A DNA stretch of 64,000 bases, from positions 896,001 to 960,000 of the forward strand of contig CAXXMV010000002.1 in NCBI GenBank assembly GCA_963662285.2, written 5' to 3'. Below are positions 63,306 to 64,000 of this stretch, piece after piece (positions within the stretch are counted from its first letter, which is position 1; each line of letters begins with the position of its first letter). Made by a program: the position numbers and the translations under genes. The notes under the pieces were generated by a model that saw nothing but the letters and a program-made list of their open reading frames with translations, did no database searches and was not told the DNA's origin. The stretch comes from a bacterium. GTDB lineage: Bacteria; Hinthialibacterota; Hinthialibacteria; Hinthialibacterales; Hinthialibacteraceae.

Positions 63306-63379
63306 TCGGGGCGGAGAGATTCGAACTCCCGACCCACTGCTCCCAAAGCAGTTGCGCTACCAGGCTGCGCTACGCCCCG
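63306..63379 (-). tRNA. tRNA-Pro(TGG), CCA not encoded
   Basis: CGGGGCGTAGCGCAGCCTGGTAGCGCAACTGCTTTGGGAGCAGTGGGTCGGGAGTTCGAATCTCTCCGCCCCGA cloverleaf. Confidence 0.97.
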
Positions 63380-63429
63380 AATTATATTGTCTTTACCATC
63401 GCAACGTATTATTACCGCCGCGAATGCGG

Positions 63430-63458
63430 ATTGTAGCCTAAACCATCTTTTGACTCAA
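63430..63458 (-). promoter_or_regulatory. sigma70 promoter of tRNA-Pro
   Basis: TTGAGT-17bp-TACAAT. Confidence 0.6.
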
Positions 63459-63719
63459 TCCTCGGAGTGCGCTGAGACTTCAATTATTGTACATCTTTTT
63501 TTGTACGGCGTCCCTATCATTTCCAATCGCGTCTCAAATCTCTGTTTTGTTGGCTTCATATTATCGATTGAGTAGAATTTATTTATACTGGATAAAATGC
63601 ACAAACACCGGTTATAGATCAAAAAAATAAAAATATTAAAGAATTCGCTGATATTAGCCTTTCTGCTTTTTACAATATCCTTTATGTCGGGATCAAGCGG
63701 TTTTGAAAAGGAAAATCCG

Positions 63720-64000
63720 ATGAATACTACTGAAGAATTCATGCACACTAATCGATTGATCGATTCAATCAGCCCATACCTTCTGCAGCATGCCCATAAT
63801 CCGGTTGATTGGCATCCCTGGGGAGACGTTGCATTGCAAAAAGCCCGTGAGTTAGAAAAGCCTATCTTTCTCAGCATAGGTTATTCCGCCTGTCACTGGT
63901 GTCATGTCATGGAGCGCGAAAGCTTTGAAAATCTCGAAACCGCCGCTCTGATGAATCAATACTTCATCTGCATCAAAGTAGACCGCGAAGAACGCCCCGA
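63720..64000 (+). CDS. YyaL/SPATA20-like thioredoxin-domain protein (DUF255), 3'-truncated; not in the ORF track
   Basis: Manual translation [20 protein letters not shown]...[23 protein letters not shown]...KVDREERP. Confidence 0.92.
   Translation, partial: MNTTEEFMHTNRLIDSISPYLLQHAHNPVDWHPWGDVALQKARELEKPIFLSIGYSACHWCHVMERESFENLETAALMNQYFICIKVDREERP

Noticed and set aside
63279-63877. ORFs 63279..63575 (+) and 63455..63877 (-)
   Set aside because: Antisense to tRNA-Pro and to the YyaL-like gene respectively.

Overview
Bacterial chromosomal window, probably from an uncultured diderm (inference: outer-membrane porin, tandem prepilin-type paralogues, many TPR and BatA/vWA proteins). Positions 1-41.5 kb are mostly housekeeping and envelope genes: ispG-like, prmC-prfA, ppdK, purB, tRNA-Thr-tuf-rpmG, recA, pheT-zapB-zapA and several glycosyltransferases. 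An IS481 has inserted into a REP-like hairpin and an IS1634 lies at 41.5-43.5 kb. Positions 43.5-63.4 kb are an accessory block (esterase, DUF5107-TPR protein, GDPD/DegT/MFS/oxidoreductase operon, porin, BvgS-like hybrid kinase with response regulator, glycoside hydrolase). The most unusual structure is at its borders. An intact tRNA-Pro(TGG) and a 110-bp copy of its 3' half plus terminator (109/110 identical) face each other as an INVERTED pair, rather than the direct repeat expected of an integrated island, and there is no intact integrase. Inside the block, a degenerate ~200-bp direct repeat (one copy interrupted by a 120-bp MITE) brackets the four-gene operon. The IspG homologue lacks its Fe-S domain. 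No CRISPR array or rRNA was seen. All calls come from reading the sequence by eye; no database searches were run.
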